Shown piece after piece: positions 38,031-48,345 of a DNA stretch of 64,000 nt. A model generated the notes under the pieces. The model was not told the origin of the DNA and made no database searches. It was given only the letters and a program-made list of their open reading frames with translations. The stretch lies in NCBI GenBank assembly GCA_963701855.1, contig CAVPBK010000006.1, positions 256,001 to 320,000 on the forward strand. Reading direction: 5' to 3'. How positions within the stretch are numbered: the stretch's first letter is position 1; each line of letters starts with the position of its first letter. Made by a program: the position numbers and the translations under genes. The DNA comes from Nitrospirota bacterium. GTDB taxonomy: Bacteria > Nitrospirota > Nitrospiria > Nitrospirales > Nitrospiraceae.

Positions 38031-39443
38031 TTAAGGCAGCCGACCACTCGACACCGCCGTGCCCCTGAATTGCTGCCAATTCTGCCTAAGAAACTTGAAC
38101 CAGGACAGTGGAAAGCCGGATGAGTCATTGACAGAGTCGACTCGACTGGCGATGTCTTTGAAATTGGGGTCGGCCTCATGAATTTCACGGTACTGCTCGT
38201 AGGCTTCATCGCGGTGGCCCAACGAATCCAGCGTCAGTGCCAGAACATAGCGGACATGCAGGATATCGCTCGTCTTTGCGCCATTGACGGCAAGAGCATG
38301 GCGAAATGACACGGCAGCGTCATCCAGCTTTCCGATCGCCCGCAAACAGAGTCCCCGTTGTGCCGAGGCCTTGAAGCGGTAGGCCTCGTCCCCTTCCGCC
38401 GCCTCGAATTTCTTTAGCGCCTCCCGATACGATCCCGCTTGTTTCAAGTCAAGCCCTTTTCCATACAACTCAGCGGCGGCATTCTCATGGACTGAAGCCA
38501 CAGGTGGTGCAGGAGTATCGTGTTGCACAAACACGGGAACCGGCACCGGCGTCGGCACATGCTCCTGATATTCCTGACTGAGCCGGGCCGGATCGAGGAG
38601 AATAGTCCTCGGATCGGCAACGGCCGGGAGGATGCCTCCTTGCGCACGATCAACGGCAGCCTGCAACAACAACGAAGCAGTAATGCGGTCAACCCCTTCC
38701 CCGAAGCCATACATGAGCGCCAGATCGCACAGTTGATTGATCAGGCGGGGATTGCCGCCACTGAGTTGATGGACCAGCGAACAGGCGTACTCCGTTAAGA
38801 GATCAGGCTCGCCCCCTGCCACGTGGAGCCGATGCTGCACGTAGGCGTTCGCTTCGTCTTCGTTGAGCGGCTCGAGCGCATAATCCACTGCCACGCGTTG
38901 AGCCAATTGCTGCATGTCGCTTCTGGTGAGCAGTGTGCGAAGGTTGGGCTGTCCCGCCAAAATGATTTGTATACTGCTCTGTCGGCCGTCATTGATGTTG
39001 GACAGGAGACGGAGGTCTTCCAGCATTTGGATGTTGAGGTTTTGGGCCTCATCGACGACGAGGAGTACTTGCTGCCCCGCGGCAAAGGATCGCCCGAGAA
39101 ACGCTGTGAGCGCCCGGAAGTAACCGACCGTATCCTGGCCGGGACAATCCAGTCCGAACGCATCAACCACCCATGGCAGGAGGCTGCCGGCGTCCGGATG
39201 GGTCGTCGTAATGACTCCAATGGTAATCGAATACTGCCCCCTGCTCTGGTCAAGAACCTTGTTCAACAGTGTCGTCTTGCCGGTCCCCGGCTCTCCTGTC
39301 AGTACCGTGAACACCGCGCGGTTGAAGAGTCCGTACTCCAGGAGATTCAATCCCTTCTTATGCCGGGTGCTCAAAAAAAGGAACTCGGGGTCCGGCAACA
39401 ACGAAAACGGTTTTGTGCGGAACTTATAGAATGACTGGTACAT
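38031..39443 (-). CDS. ExeA-like ATPase with C-terminal TPR (PEP-CTERM system-associated type)
   Basis: PFSLLPDPEFLF, GEPGTGKTT, VVDEAQNL, ILAGQP, GNPRLINQLCD. Confidence 0.88.
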   Translation of the reverse strand: MYQSFYKFRTKPFSLLPDPEFLFLSTRHKKGLNLLEYGLFNRAVFTVLTGEPGTGKTTLLNKVLDQSRGQYSITIGVITTTHPDAGSLLPWVVDAFGLDCPGQDTVGYFRALTAFLGRSFAAGQQVLLVVDEAQNLNIQMLEDLRLLSNINDGRQSSIQIILAGQPNLRTLLTRSDMQQLAQRVAVDYALEPLNEDEANAYVQHRLHVAGGEPDLLTEYACSLVHQLSGGNPRLINQLCDLALMYGFGEGVDRITASLLLQAAVDRAQGGILPAVADPRTILLDPARLSQEYQEHVPTPVPVPVFVQHDTPAPPVASVHENAAAELYGKGLDLKQAGSYREALKKFEAAEGDEAYRFKASAQRGLCLRAIGKLDDAAVSFRHALAVNGAKTSDILHVRYVLALTLDSLGHRDEAYEQYREIHEADPNFKDIASRVDSVNDSSGFPLSWFKFLRQNWQQFRGTAVSSGRLP

Positions 39444-39450
39444 GAAGTGC

Positions 39451-40299
39451 CTACCTTCTCTGTTTCGCATCCCCCACATTCATACGCTTCATTTTGGACA
39501 GGCTGAGTTGATCGCGGCCGACTTTATTCAAAACGGTTCCCAGGATCGGGACGCTGCCTTTTAAGATCTGCATGGCCTGCTGGAGTTCAGGCTCCGTGGT
39601 CTTGCCATCCTCCACAACCAGAAGCAGCGCGTCCAATTGGGGAGTGAAGGCCAGCGCATCCGCCTGGCCGAGAACCGGCGGAAGATCGAAAATCACGATG
39701 CGAGACGCGTAACGACTTTTTAACTCTTTTCCGAGCGCACTCATGCGCGGGGAAGTGAGAACTTCGGCAGACTGGTCCGTCCCCCGCCCACCCGGCAACA
39801 GGATCAGTCGACCTAGACCCGGATAGACTAACATGTCCTCGATCGACCGGCCGTCCAGCAGAAACTCCGTCAGTCCCTCGCAGGATTCCAACCCAAGCTC
39901 CTCATGAAGGTGCGGAGCGCGAAGATCGGCATCCACCAGGAGAACCGTGAGAGTGGGCTCGGCCGCCAGGGCGATGGCCAGGTTAATCGACGTGAGGGTC
40001 TTGCCTTCTCCGTCCTTAGGGCTGGTGATGCCCAACGCATTCCATTTATTTTCGCGTAATCGATGAATCACCTGAGTCCTGAGGACTTTGTAGGCATCCG
40101 AAAACTGGTTCGAATCTCGGCCGGTGAGAATGCGATGGCGTCGCAAAATCTCGTCGGGAATCACGACCGAACGGGTCCGCGAATAGATTACGGTCGGCGG
40201 TGCGGCCACCTGTGACGCGTTCGGCTTAGGAGGCACGTGCGGGGCATCGTGTTGCTCCTTAAATCGATCCATCGCACTCTGCAGTTTGTCTTTGATCAT
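39451..40299 (-). CDS. CpsD/CapB-type bacterial tyrosine kinase domain
   Basis: AYKVLRTQ, TSPKDGEGKT, LVDADLR, IFDLPP, GTVLNK. Confidence 0.88.
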   Translation of the reverse strand: MIKDKLQSAMDRFKEQHDAPHVPPKPNASQVAAPPTVIYSRTRSVVIPDEILRRHRILTGRDSNQFSDAYKVLRTQVIHRLRENKWNALGITSPKDGEGKTLTSINLAIALAAEPTLTVLLVDADLRAPHLHEELGLESCEGLTEFLLDGRSIEDMLVYPGLGRLILLPGGRGTDQSAEVLTSPRMSALGKELKSRYASRIVIFDLPPVLGQADALAFTPQLDALLLVVEDGKTTEPELQQAMQILKGSVPILGTVLNKVGRDQLSLSKMKRMNVGDAKQRR

Positions 40300-40326
40300 G
40301 AGGGGAATATCTCTTCCTTCGTAGGT

Positions 40327-40440
40327 ACTCAGGGGTTCAGGTGAAGGCTGAAGGTATAAATGATCGCGCAAGACACGGACCAAACCATTCAACATCGTCG
40401 AAGCCTAATCCCTATAAGCCTTCAGCCTATCTACCTGAGT
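40327..40440. repeat. Heptamer-based element, family B copy 1 (ACTCAGG...CCTGAGT)
   Basis: Ends nearly identical to 48182-48325. Confidence 0.65.
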
Positions 40441-40448
40441 CGTTAGCT

Positions 40449-42194
40449 TCATGCAAGGCCGAACTTTCTGAGCGCCGTAAACCAAAGAACATCCAACGGG
40501 GGCCCCATCGCCAGCACGGACACGATCAGCAGCACCACCACCCCCGCTCCCGCCACGGCAACCCGGACTCGATGCCTGACCAATCGCTTGAAGTCGTCTT
40601 GATTAGGAAGATAGGGAATCACGGCCAGTGGAGGCAGTCCCGCAAGCCTGCTTAGATGTTCGCCGCCGCGAATCGACTGATTGAGGTGCTCCAGCACCGC
40701 GCCGCTTCCGATTCCTCCCGCAATGGCGAGAATCAGACCGAGAAACATAATGACGGGGCGATTGGGTTTCTCCGGCTTCTCCGGAAGCTCCGGTGGATCG
40801 ATGAGAGAAAACCGTTCACCTTTATGCTGAACTTCCAACTCTTTCGACACCTCCGCTTCCAAGAGGCGGGATACGATCTCCTGGTGCTTTCGAACCGATC
40901 CTTCACGATTCCGGCTGAGATCCAGGTATGCAGGTTCAAGTTCGATCGTCCGTTCGAGCCGGCTGGCATAGGTATCGACACGGCGTTTAATGCCTTCGCG
41001 GGATTTTCGAGTCGATTGGAGCGAGGCCGTCACCGAGGAGAGTTGTGAGCGAATATTGATATAAGCGGGATTTTCCGGCTTGACAGCGGCGGTCTGGATC
41101 CCGGCCGCCACGACACGCTGCAGTTCCTGTTCAAGCGAGGCAATGATCTGGCGTGATCGGATCACATCGGGATGTTCATCGCCATATCTATCGACGAGAC
41201 TCGCCAGACGGGCCTGTTCTCCGCTCAGCTTCTTGTGCAATTCTTCGGGCGTAGCGTGCTGGCCGGTTTCTCGTTCCAACGCGGCAATCTCTTGCTGCAT
41301 CTTGAGCACGTCTGGATGTTCAGACGACAAATACCCGACCGCGCTGGCATACTGGGCCCGAAGAGCTTTCAGCCGTTCAGCCGAATCGAGAATGCGCTCC
41401 CCGCTCGCCGAGATCATCGGCGTGTGTGGCTTCAGCGTAGCCAGTTCCCCTTCCAGGTACGTTTTCTTTTCCTCGAACGAGCGGATTTCGCGGTCGGCAT
41501 CCTGGAGTTCACGTTCGGCCTGATTGAGCATCGTCATGTTGAGCGAGGTCAGCTCCGGCAGGGCTCCGTCCGCCTTCTGCTTGACCGCAGCAAGTTGAGA
41601 CTCCAGCGTGCCGATATGTTGAGCGAGCTGTTCAGATTCCTTTTTCAAAAAGGCAGTTGTTTCATTGGCATGTCGCTCGCGCGACTTGAGATTTTCCCCC
41701 AGAAACAGACTCGTGAGTTCATTGGCCACCTTCTGCGTAATGCCAGGACTCTCTCCCTCGTACGTCAGCGTGAAGGCGATCGTCGCCTGCGACGGGCTTT
41801 GCGACCGTTTGTCGATGACTTTGGCATTGATCACATCCACACGAATGTCCTTCGTAAAACGTTCCAGCACTTCTTCCGTGGGACTATTTCGGCGCAGACT
41901 CGAATAGAGCCCGTATTGTTCGATGATCCCCCAGAGGGTCGACCGCGTCATGACCTGCTGCTTGATTGTCTCGATCCGTTGATCGGCATAGCTGGTGATC
42001 GCGGACCGGACGATGTCGGAGGGGATCTCCTGTTCCTCGATCAGGATAGTGGCAGTCGAGCGATACACGGCAGGCAGGAGCAGGGCAACCGCAACACCGG
42101 TGAGAAAAATCATGCCAGCAGCCAGTGCGATGGACCCTTTCCGTCGACGAGCGATGCTCCAGATTGCCTGCAATTTCACTGGTGTGTGTTCCAT
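40449..42194 (-). CDS. Polysaccharide chain-length determinant (GumC/Wzc N-terminal type)
   Basis: Transmembrane helix, YRSTATILIE, long coiled coil with two HPDV motifs, IDPPELPEKPEKP, transmembrane helices. Confidence 0.88.
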   Translation of the reverse strand: MEHTPVKLQAIWSIARRRKGSIALAAGMIFLTGVAVALLLPAVYRSTATILIEEQEIPSDIVRSAITSYADQRIETIKQQVMTRSTLWGIIEQYGLYSSLRRNSPTEEVLERFTKDIRVDVINAKVIDKRSQSPSQATIAFTLTYEGESPGITQKVANELTSLFLGENLKSRERHANETTAFLKKESEQLAQHIGTLESQLAAVKQKADGALPELTSLNMTMLNQAERELQDADREIRSFEEKKTYLEGELATLKPHTPMISASGERILDSAERLKALRAQYASAVGYLSSEHPDVLKMQQEIAALERETGQHATPEELHKKLSGEQARLASLVDRYGDEHPDVIRSRQIIASLEQELQRVVAAGIQTAAVKPENPAYINIRSQLSSVTASLQSTRKSREGIKRRVDTYASRLERTIELEPAYLDLSRNREGSVRKHQEIVSRLLEAEVSKELEVQHKGERFSLIDPPELPEKPEKPNRPVIMFLGLILAIAGGIGSGAVLEHLNQSIRGGEHLSRLAGLPPLAVIPYLPNQDDFKRLVRHRVRVAVAGAGVVVLLIVSVLAMGPPLDVLWFTALRKFGLA

Positions 42195-42239
42195 GATCCT
42201 CTCTGCTTCACGCAGTCTCAAAATTGAACTCGCCGTCCT

Positions 42240-43430
42240 TCACCAGCCCACCGAGAACTTGGCCGGTGTGTAGGTGATGGCCACCGACACGATATTCGCC
42301 ATGGCTGTGACGCTGAGGGAATTGACATCGCGCTGCGAATAGGTGTACCAGGCTTCCGCTCCCCACCAGTCATTAATCTTCCACGAGAATCTTGGTTCAA
42401 CCGAAAAGTATCGTTGCTTGGGGAATGATGTCACGGATCCGACCGTGGCGGTTGAAGAAGAGGCAATTGCTTGACCGGTAAACGATGCGCTGAGGTTCTC
42501 CGTCAGTTTCTGCTCGATTGTCATGCCGATTCTATCCGTCTCGAGCAACAACCCGAAACCGCTGGGATTGATTTGACGGCTTGCGTCCAAGGTCACCGTC
42601 GTGCGTTCCAGCTGCTTTTGAATGGTGGCATTGCCCACCCACACCCATGAGTGATCACTACGGTCTTGGGGACCGGATTGCACGACATTGTTAATATAAC
42701 GTGGCCCCGCCTCCAGTTTCACACTGAAGGTCTCGGAGAATTCGTGATTCAGGGAAGCCGAAGCTCCGAAAATTTTTGATTCAAGATTCCTCTGCGGCGC
42801 TTGATAAAGAGTCGCTATTCCCATGAGTTTGACCTGACTCTTCTCTGCGATCTGATAGGAGATTCCTGCGTTTCCCCCGTTCGTCTGATAGTCCACCAAC
42901 CCGAGACTGAGCCCGTTTTCATAAGTCGCGTCCGCGAACTGGTATCCCGCGGTGAGGGCAGCCCGTTCGGTCAGATTGTGCGTCCAGGAGGGCGACGCGG
43001 TCCACAAATTGCGTTGTGTGAAAGCCAAGACCACCCCCGTCTTTTGCAGTTCCCCCATCAAGGTATTGTCACGTGTGAGCCCACCGTCGACATTCCAGAT
43101 ATCCCGTTCACCTCGATACTTCACTGAGAGCGGGAAATAGAAATTCGTGAACGAACTGTCCTGCCCTCCGTAATAATGCACGAAATCAGCTGCCGTGCGG
43201 CCACTGATCTCCAGATTCTCCGTCGAGCCTGTGAATGTCATCCCCGGAGAAAGCCAGCTTCCCCATACCGCTTTTTGCGACCCCTCAGCCAGTAACAGAT
43301 TGCTGTTGTAGTTTCCCCTCGCGGTCACGGTGGGTACTGCCGACCATTCCGCAGCGTCGGCTCCTCTAGCGGTCATGAAGAACAAACATCCCACGATCAC
43401 CCCTGCGAGAAGAACCTGTCGTCGTGTCAT
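42240..43430 (-). CDS. Outer-membrane beta-barrel protein of the EPS export locus
   Basis: Signal peptide, alternating amphipathic strands, terminal aromatic residue; lies between wza and the chain-length gene. Confidence 0.7.
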   Translation of the reverse strand: MTRRQVLLAGVIVGCLFFMTARGADAAEWSAVPTVTARGNYNSNLLLAEGSQKAVWGSWLSPGMTFTGSTENLEISGRTAADFVHYYGGQDSSFTNFYFPLSVKYRGERDIWNVDGGLTRDNTLMGELQKTGVVLAFTQRNLWTASPSWTHNLTERAALTAGYQFADATYENGLSLGLVDYQTNGGNAGISYQIAEKSQVKLMGIATLYQAPQRNLESKIFGASASLNHEFSETFSVKLEAGPRYINNVVQSGPQDRSDHSWVWVGNATIQKQLERTTVTLDASRQINPSGFGLLLETDRIGMTIEQKLTENLSASFTGQAIASSSTATVGSVTSFPKQRYFSVEPRFSWKINDWWGAEAWYTYSQRDVNSLSVTAMANIVSVAITYTPAKFSVGW

Positions 43431-43484
43431 CTGGAGTCCCTGATCTCATCCTCCGCCCCGCGGAAGAATGATCCCTTAATTCAA

Positions 43485-44105
43485 TCAGGGAACCACCACC
43501 ACGTCGCCGCGTTCCAGTATGATATTCTGGTCCAATTCTTTTCCCTTGCGGACATCCCCGTAACGAAATTGAAACACCAATTGTTCTCCGCGAATCCGCC
43601 GCATGATACGGATGTCGTTTTCCGACGCGTACGGAGTCAGCCCGCCGGCCAAACTCAAGGCTTGGAGCACATCGGTATAATGGCCGACCAAAAATTCGCC
43701 CGGCTTGTTGACCCGTCCGATCACATAGATCTTGTTGCTCAAAATCTTTGTGGCCAGGACCGAGACATGCGGGTTCGGCACGAATTTGTTGAGGCGTTTG
43801 ACCAATTCAAGCCGCACGTCTTCAATCGTCCTTCCGGCGGCAGGAATGTCGCCGACGAGCGGAAACGAGATCATGCCGTCCGGCCTCACGACCACTTCCT
43901 GTGTCAGGTGTTCATCCTTCCAAACAGAGATCTTGACCATGTCTTCAGGACCAAGCAGATAGGACCCTTCCGCGACAACCGGCAGCGGCTCACCACCGCT
44001 TGGTAGCGCGGCGGCGACAGTGTGCGTGCCCAACAGAAGCACACACATCAGCAAGAATCCGCCGAGCCGACAAAAACCAAGGCCTGTGGTACCGGTCAAT
44101 CTCAT
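43485..44105 (-). CDS. Polysaccharide export protein (Wza/Poly_export + SLBB)
   Basis: YLLGPEDMVKISVW, VRPDGMISFPLVG, VIGRVNKPG, ALSLAGGLT. Confidence 0.9.
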   Translation of the reverse strand: MRLTGTTGLGFCRLGGFLLMCVLLLGTHTVAAALPSGGEPLPVVAEGSYLLGPEDMVKISVWKDEHLTQEVVVRPDGMISFPLVGDIPAAGRTIEDVRLELVKRLNKFVPNPHVSVLATKILSNKIYVIGRVNKPGEFLVGHYTDVLQALSLAGGLTPYASENDIRIMRRIRGEQLVFQFRYGDVRKGKELDQNIILERGDVVVVP

Positions 44106-44108
44106 GAA

Positions 44109-46499
44109 TTATCCTTGTAACTGCGCCAGCACAGACTTGGCGTCATCGAGACCCTGGAAGGTCTTCTGCGAAGCCACGGCCTTTTGGAGATGAGCTTTTG
44201 CTTCTGTCGTATGCCCGGCCTTGAAATGCGCGATGCCCAGATGATAGTTCAGCACGGGATGGTCAGGCGCTTTTGCCGCCGCTTGTTGCATGAACCGAAG
44301 CGCCTCATCCCGATGGCCCAACTTGAGATGGACCCATCCGAGGGTATCGAGAAAGTAGGGATTCGGCGCCGATGTCTCAAACTCTTTCGTGAGCAACAGC
44401 GCGCGTTCCAGACTTTTTTGATCGCCCTTTTGGTCGACCAGCAAGGACGCCAAGTTGTTCGCAGCGACGAGGGCTCGGGGATCGAGACGTAACAGCGCAT
44501 CGTATTCTCGAATTGCCCCGTCGACGTTTCCGGCTTCGCTGAACGTCGTCGCCAGTAGCAGGCGCAATTCCTGACTTTTTGGATTCTGTTGGACCCCCTT
44601 CTCGAGTACCTCCCGTGCCTCGTCTCCTCTTTTCTGAGACAGTTTGAGCGTAGCCAGGTGCATCCAGGGCATCGGCCAGTCCGGTTTGATCCTGGTCGCT
44701 TCTGTAAACCGGCTCTCGGCTCCGACCTGGTCCCCACCGAGGAGCAATAGTTCCCCGAGGAGTCCGGTTGCATAGGGGTGAGCCGGATTGCGCGCGAGCA
44801 TCTGTTCCAATCGCTCCTTGGCTTGGGCGGTTTTTCCCTGCTTGATGTCGAGCTGCACCAGAGCAACCAACGGCTCCGGCGCATCTGGGTGACTGACGAG
44901 CACCCGTTCATAGGCACTCCGTGCTCGGTCCCACTCCTGCCTCGCTTGAGAAAGACGCGCTTCCGTCAGATCGGCCACCGAGCTGTCCACTCCCGCCGAA
45001 CGGGCGCGCGATAAGGTTTGATCTGTGGCAGCCCAATCCCGTTCCGCCGCCTGAAGATTCAGCAGCACGCTCAAAGCTTGCAGGTTGTTCGGGTCGAGCT
45101 TGAGCAGCGTATCGAGACGCACGCGGGCCTCCTTGAATTTGCCGGACGACGTGTCGAGCGCGGCCAGCGTCATATGGGCCTCGACCATTCGGGGATTTAG
45201 GAGGGCGGCTTTTTCGAGACTTTCTCGTGCCAGATCCGTATCACCCGTCATCAGATAGGCGCGGCCGATCAACGCATGGACTTCCGCCAACTCCGGCTGA
45301 TCCTTCAGCACCGTGCGGAAGGCCTGGATCGCGTCCTTTCCGTTCCCTCGCTGCAACGCAATCTTGCCCTGCAACAATAAGGCTTCGGACGACCGAGGAT
45401 TTTCCTTCAGCACTTCAGACAGCTGTTGCTCGGCCGCTTCCTGTTTGCCTGCAGACCAATCGAGCGCAGCCAGTTTGACAGCGGCGTCCAGCGCGGCGGG
45501 TTTGGCGCGATGCGCGGCCCGAACCTGCTCGTAGACGGCCCTCGCCTTCTCCGGCTGCCTGTTCAGCTCGTATAACTCGCCCAGTGCGAACTGAATGGCC
45601 GTCGACCGTGGCAAGGCGCGCGTCGCATCCAACAGTGCCGCTTCCCCTTGCAAGACGCCGCGTCGCGATAGCTGGAATTTGGCGAATCCCAAATAACGTT
45701 GTTCGTTATCCGGGTCGAGCCGGATCACCTCGCGCAGGATACTTTCAGCCTTGTCATATTCACGCCGCTCATCATAGAAACCGGCCAGACGCAATCGGTG
45801 ATCGAACATTTTTGGTTCCGCCGCCACGATCTTTTTCAAGATTTCCTCGGCCCGTTCAAACTGATCCAACCTGAGCAAGGCCGAGACGAAGGAGTCCAAC
45901 AGCACAAGGTTGCCGGGATTGGCGTCAAGGGCGCGTCGCATGACCGGCTCGACTTCACCACGCCGGCCTTGAGCCAGATACAGTGTCGCCAGGATCGTTG
46001 CAGCATCGGGATCGGTTGGATGCTTCGCGCCCAGCGCCTCGGCGGCGAGTGTCGCCTCGCTCAAATTCCCATTGACTGCCTGAACGGCGATGCGAAGGCT
46101 TTCAGCCTCGACCTGTCCGGGCGATTTCTCCAGGACCTTGCCCGTCATTTCCAACACTTTATCCATCGCGCGGGCCTCGAGATAAAACTTGGCAAGTTTG
46201 ATCAATGCCCGCTCATGGTCGGGTTTCAACTCTACCGTTCGCTGATAATTCGCAAAAGCATTTCGCCAATTCTTTTCTTTTTCTTCGATCTCGGCGAAGA
46301 CAAAATACGGTTCAGGATCCTTCGGGTCGATCTTAAGGACGTTCCGGATGGCCACTCGAGCCTTCGGGAAATTCCCTTCTTGAATGTAGTCCTGAGCCTG
46401 GGCCAGATATTTGGCTTTTTTCTCTTCAGGAGTGCCGCATCCGATGACGGCGAACAACAATACAAGGACGACGGCTGAGGTGAATGAATGGGCACGCAT
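44109..46499 (-). CDS. TPR-repeat lipoprotein (PrsT-like)
   Basis: Lipobox VIGC, many TPR repeats, AANNLA...LDTLGWV C-terminal signature. Confidence 0.82.
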   Translation of the reverse strand: MRAHSFTSAVVLVLLFAVIGCGTPEEKKAKYLAQAQDYIQEGNFPKARVAIRNVLKIDPKDPEPYFVFAEIEEKEKNWRNAFANYQRTVELKPDHERALIKLAKFYLEARAMDKVLEMTGKVLEKSPGQVEAESLRIAVQAVNGNLSEATLAAEALGAKHPTDPDAATILATLYLAQGRRGEVEPVMRRALDANPGNLVLLDSFVSALLRLDQFERAEEILKKIVAAEPKMFDHRLRLAGFYDERREYDKAESILREVIRLDPDNEQRYLGFAKFQLSRRGVLQGEAALLDATRALPRSTAIQFALGELYELNRQPEKARAVYEQVRAAHRAKPAALDAAVKLAALDWSAGKQEAAEQQLSEVLKENPRSSEALLLQGKIALQRGNGKDAIQAFRTVLKDQPELAEVHALIGRAYLMTGDTDLARESLEKAALLNPRMVEAHMTLAALDTSSGKFKEARVRLDTLLKLDPNNLQALSVLLNLQAAERDWAATDQTLSRARSAGVDSSVADLTEARLSQARQEWDRARSAYERVLVSHPDAPEPLVALVQLDIKQGKTAQAKERLEQMLARNPAHPYATGLLGELLLLGGDQVGAESRFTEATRIKPDWPMPWMHLATLKLSQKRGDEAREVLEKGVQQNPKSQELRLLLATTFSEAGNVDGAIREYDALLRLDPRALVAANNLASLLVDQKGDQKSLERALLLTKEFETSAPNPYFLDTLGWVHLKLGHRDEALRFMQQAAAKAPDHPVLNYHLGIAHFKAGHTTEAKAHLQKAVASQKTFQGLDDAKSVLAQLQG

Positions 46500-46531
46500 A
46501 AACGTTCTCCTTTTCGACTCGATGGTGAGTC

Positions 46532-48150
46532 TCACCACCAAGCGCGGAACCCAAGCCCCAGTAAGACCCATAGCGACACGAACTCGAATGGCTTCAGCCG
46601 TTCGGCAAAGGTGTGCAGGAGCAATTCAAACGCAAAAAACATGACGATCAGCTTTGCGGTCAGAAGACTAATGTTAATCTCCTCGACCCGTATCTCCGGA
46701 AGGAACGGAATCGCAAATGCCATAAAGATGATCAGGTAGTCCAACGGTGTTATCTGAAATCGCTTTTCCAGCCCGAACCGGATCGTCAACATGATGAGGA
46801 TCGCCAAGCAGAGGAAAAACACATTCAAGGGCGTATGGAAGCTCCATTGCTGTGGCAGACATCCCTTGATCGCTGAAGTACAAGACAAACGTGCTCCCCA
46901 CATACAGCCCGACCCGTATGAACCAGGGTGCAGCAGAAGGAAAGATCCATATCCCCATCGGGAGAAGAAGGAACAGCAGAAGAGCGACGCCGCCCACGTC
47001 GAGCGGCACATGGGAAGGCAGGAACACGCTGCCGAGGAGAAATACTGTGACTATACAGGCGAGTGCATAAATGGGAAGCGTCGAGAACCACCCGGCGCCG
47101 GCCTCCGGAATCGCCGGCGGGCCCGTGGGACGGCGTTGGGGAAAGAGCCGGTCGAGGCGTATGACAAATAAGGTAAAAATGGCGCATGCGAAGAATGCGT
47201 AGATCGCCAGCACCATGGTGTCCGATTCCCACCGCAACAGAAAGGCGAGACTGACGAGCATAGCCTGAAGCCCATAAATCGCCATAACCGCTTCACGATG
47301 CGACAGTCCCAACCCTAACAGTTTGTGGTGCACGTGGTTTTTGTCCGCCACGAACGGGGAGCGCCGTTCCACCAATCGCTGGATCATCACACCGGCCGTA
47401 TCCAGGATCGGGAGCCCCCAGATGAAACCGATGAGCGCAGGACTGTACGGTCCGCGCGCCGGATCGGTGAGCACGATGGCACAAAGGCCCAGATAGAACC
47501 CAAGGAACTGACTCCCCGCGTCCCCCATGAAGATACTCGCCGGGTAGGTGTTGAACCGGAGGAATCCCAAGAGTCCGCCCATGATCGCGACCATCATGCT
47601 CATCACGACCCAGTCGCCGGCCAGATAGGCAAGGAAGGCCATCCCTCCAAAACTCAGCAGAGACAATCCGCCCGCCAATCCATCTAACCCATCGGCAAGA
47701 TTCAGGGCATTGGTCACGGCCACGAGCAGGACGCAGGGTCACCGGCACCGCAATCCACAGAGGCAGTGGCGTCTCGCCCATAAAGGGCAATGAGGAGAGA
47801 TGCACACCCCCGAGCCAGACGACAACGGAAGCGGCGAGCAGTTGTCCCAGGAACTTGGCTTTATATCCGAGTCCGACTCGATCGTCCCATGCACCGAACA
47901 ATAAAATGACGGCGCCGCCGATCAGACCCGACGTGATGATCGGATCCTTCGGCGCCCACAGCAACATCGAAACAAATGTTCCCGCCGCGAATGCAATCCC
48001 GCCGACCTTGGCCATCGGCATATGATGGACTTTCCGGTCGCTCGGAAGATCGAGAAACTGCAGACGGCCAGCTGTCGCCATCAGGACAGGAATGAGCGCC
48101 ATACAGATGACGAGAGACCCGAGGAAACTGAAAAATAGAGGACTTGACAT
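46532..48150 (-). pseudogene. MraY/WecA-family polyprenyl-phosphate sugar-1-phosphate transferase with extra C-terminal helices; two frameshifts (about 47734 and 46850)
   Basis: DLPSDRKVH, GAWDD, TNALNLADGLDGLAGG, FNTYPASIFMGDAGS, DKNHVHHKL spread across three frames. Confidence 0.8.
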
Positions 48151-48181
48151 AAGTTCCCGACGCACTCAAAAGATCGTCACG

Positions 48182-48325
48182 ACTCAGGTGTTCAGGCTGA
48201 AGGCTGAAGTATTCGGAACTTCGAACCGCCTGTCAGACACGTCTTGCTTGTCGCACTCACGCTTCACGCCCTTTTCGATTTCTATGACCTTACCCCCTAT
48301 AAACCTTCAGCCTGTCTACCTGAGT
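48182..48325. repeat. Heptamer-based element, family B copy 2
   Basis: ACTCAGGTGTTCAGGCTGAAGGCTGAAG...CCCTATAAACCTTCAGCCTGTCTACCTGAGT. Confidence 0.65.
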
Positions 48326-48345
48326 AGTGACAAACGACCGAAAGA

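Noticed and set aside
41172..42227. Long antisense ORFs (also 7649-8551, 45699-46478, 4468-5217)
   Set aside because: They mirror well-supported genes on the opposite strand, as expected in GC-rich DNA
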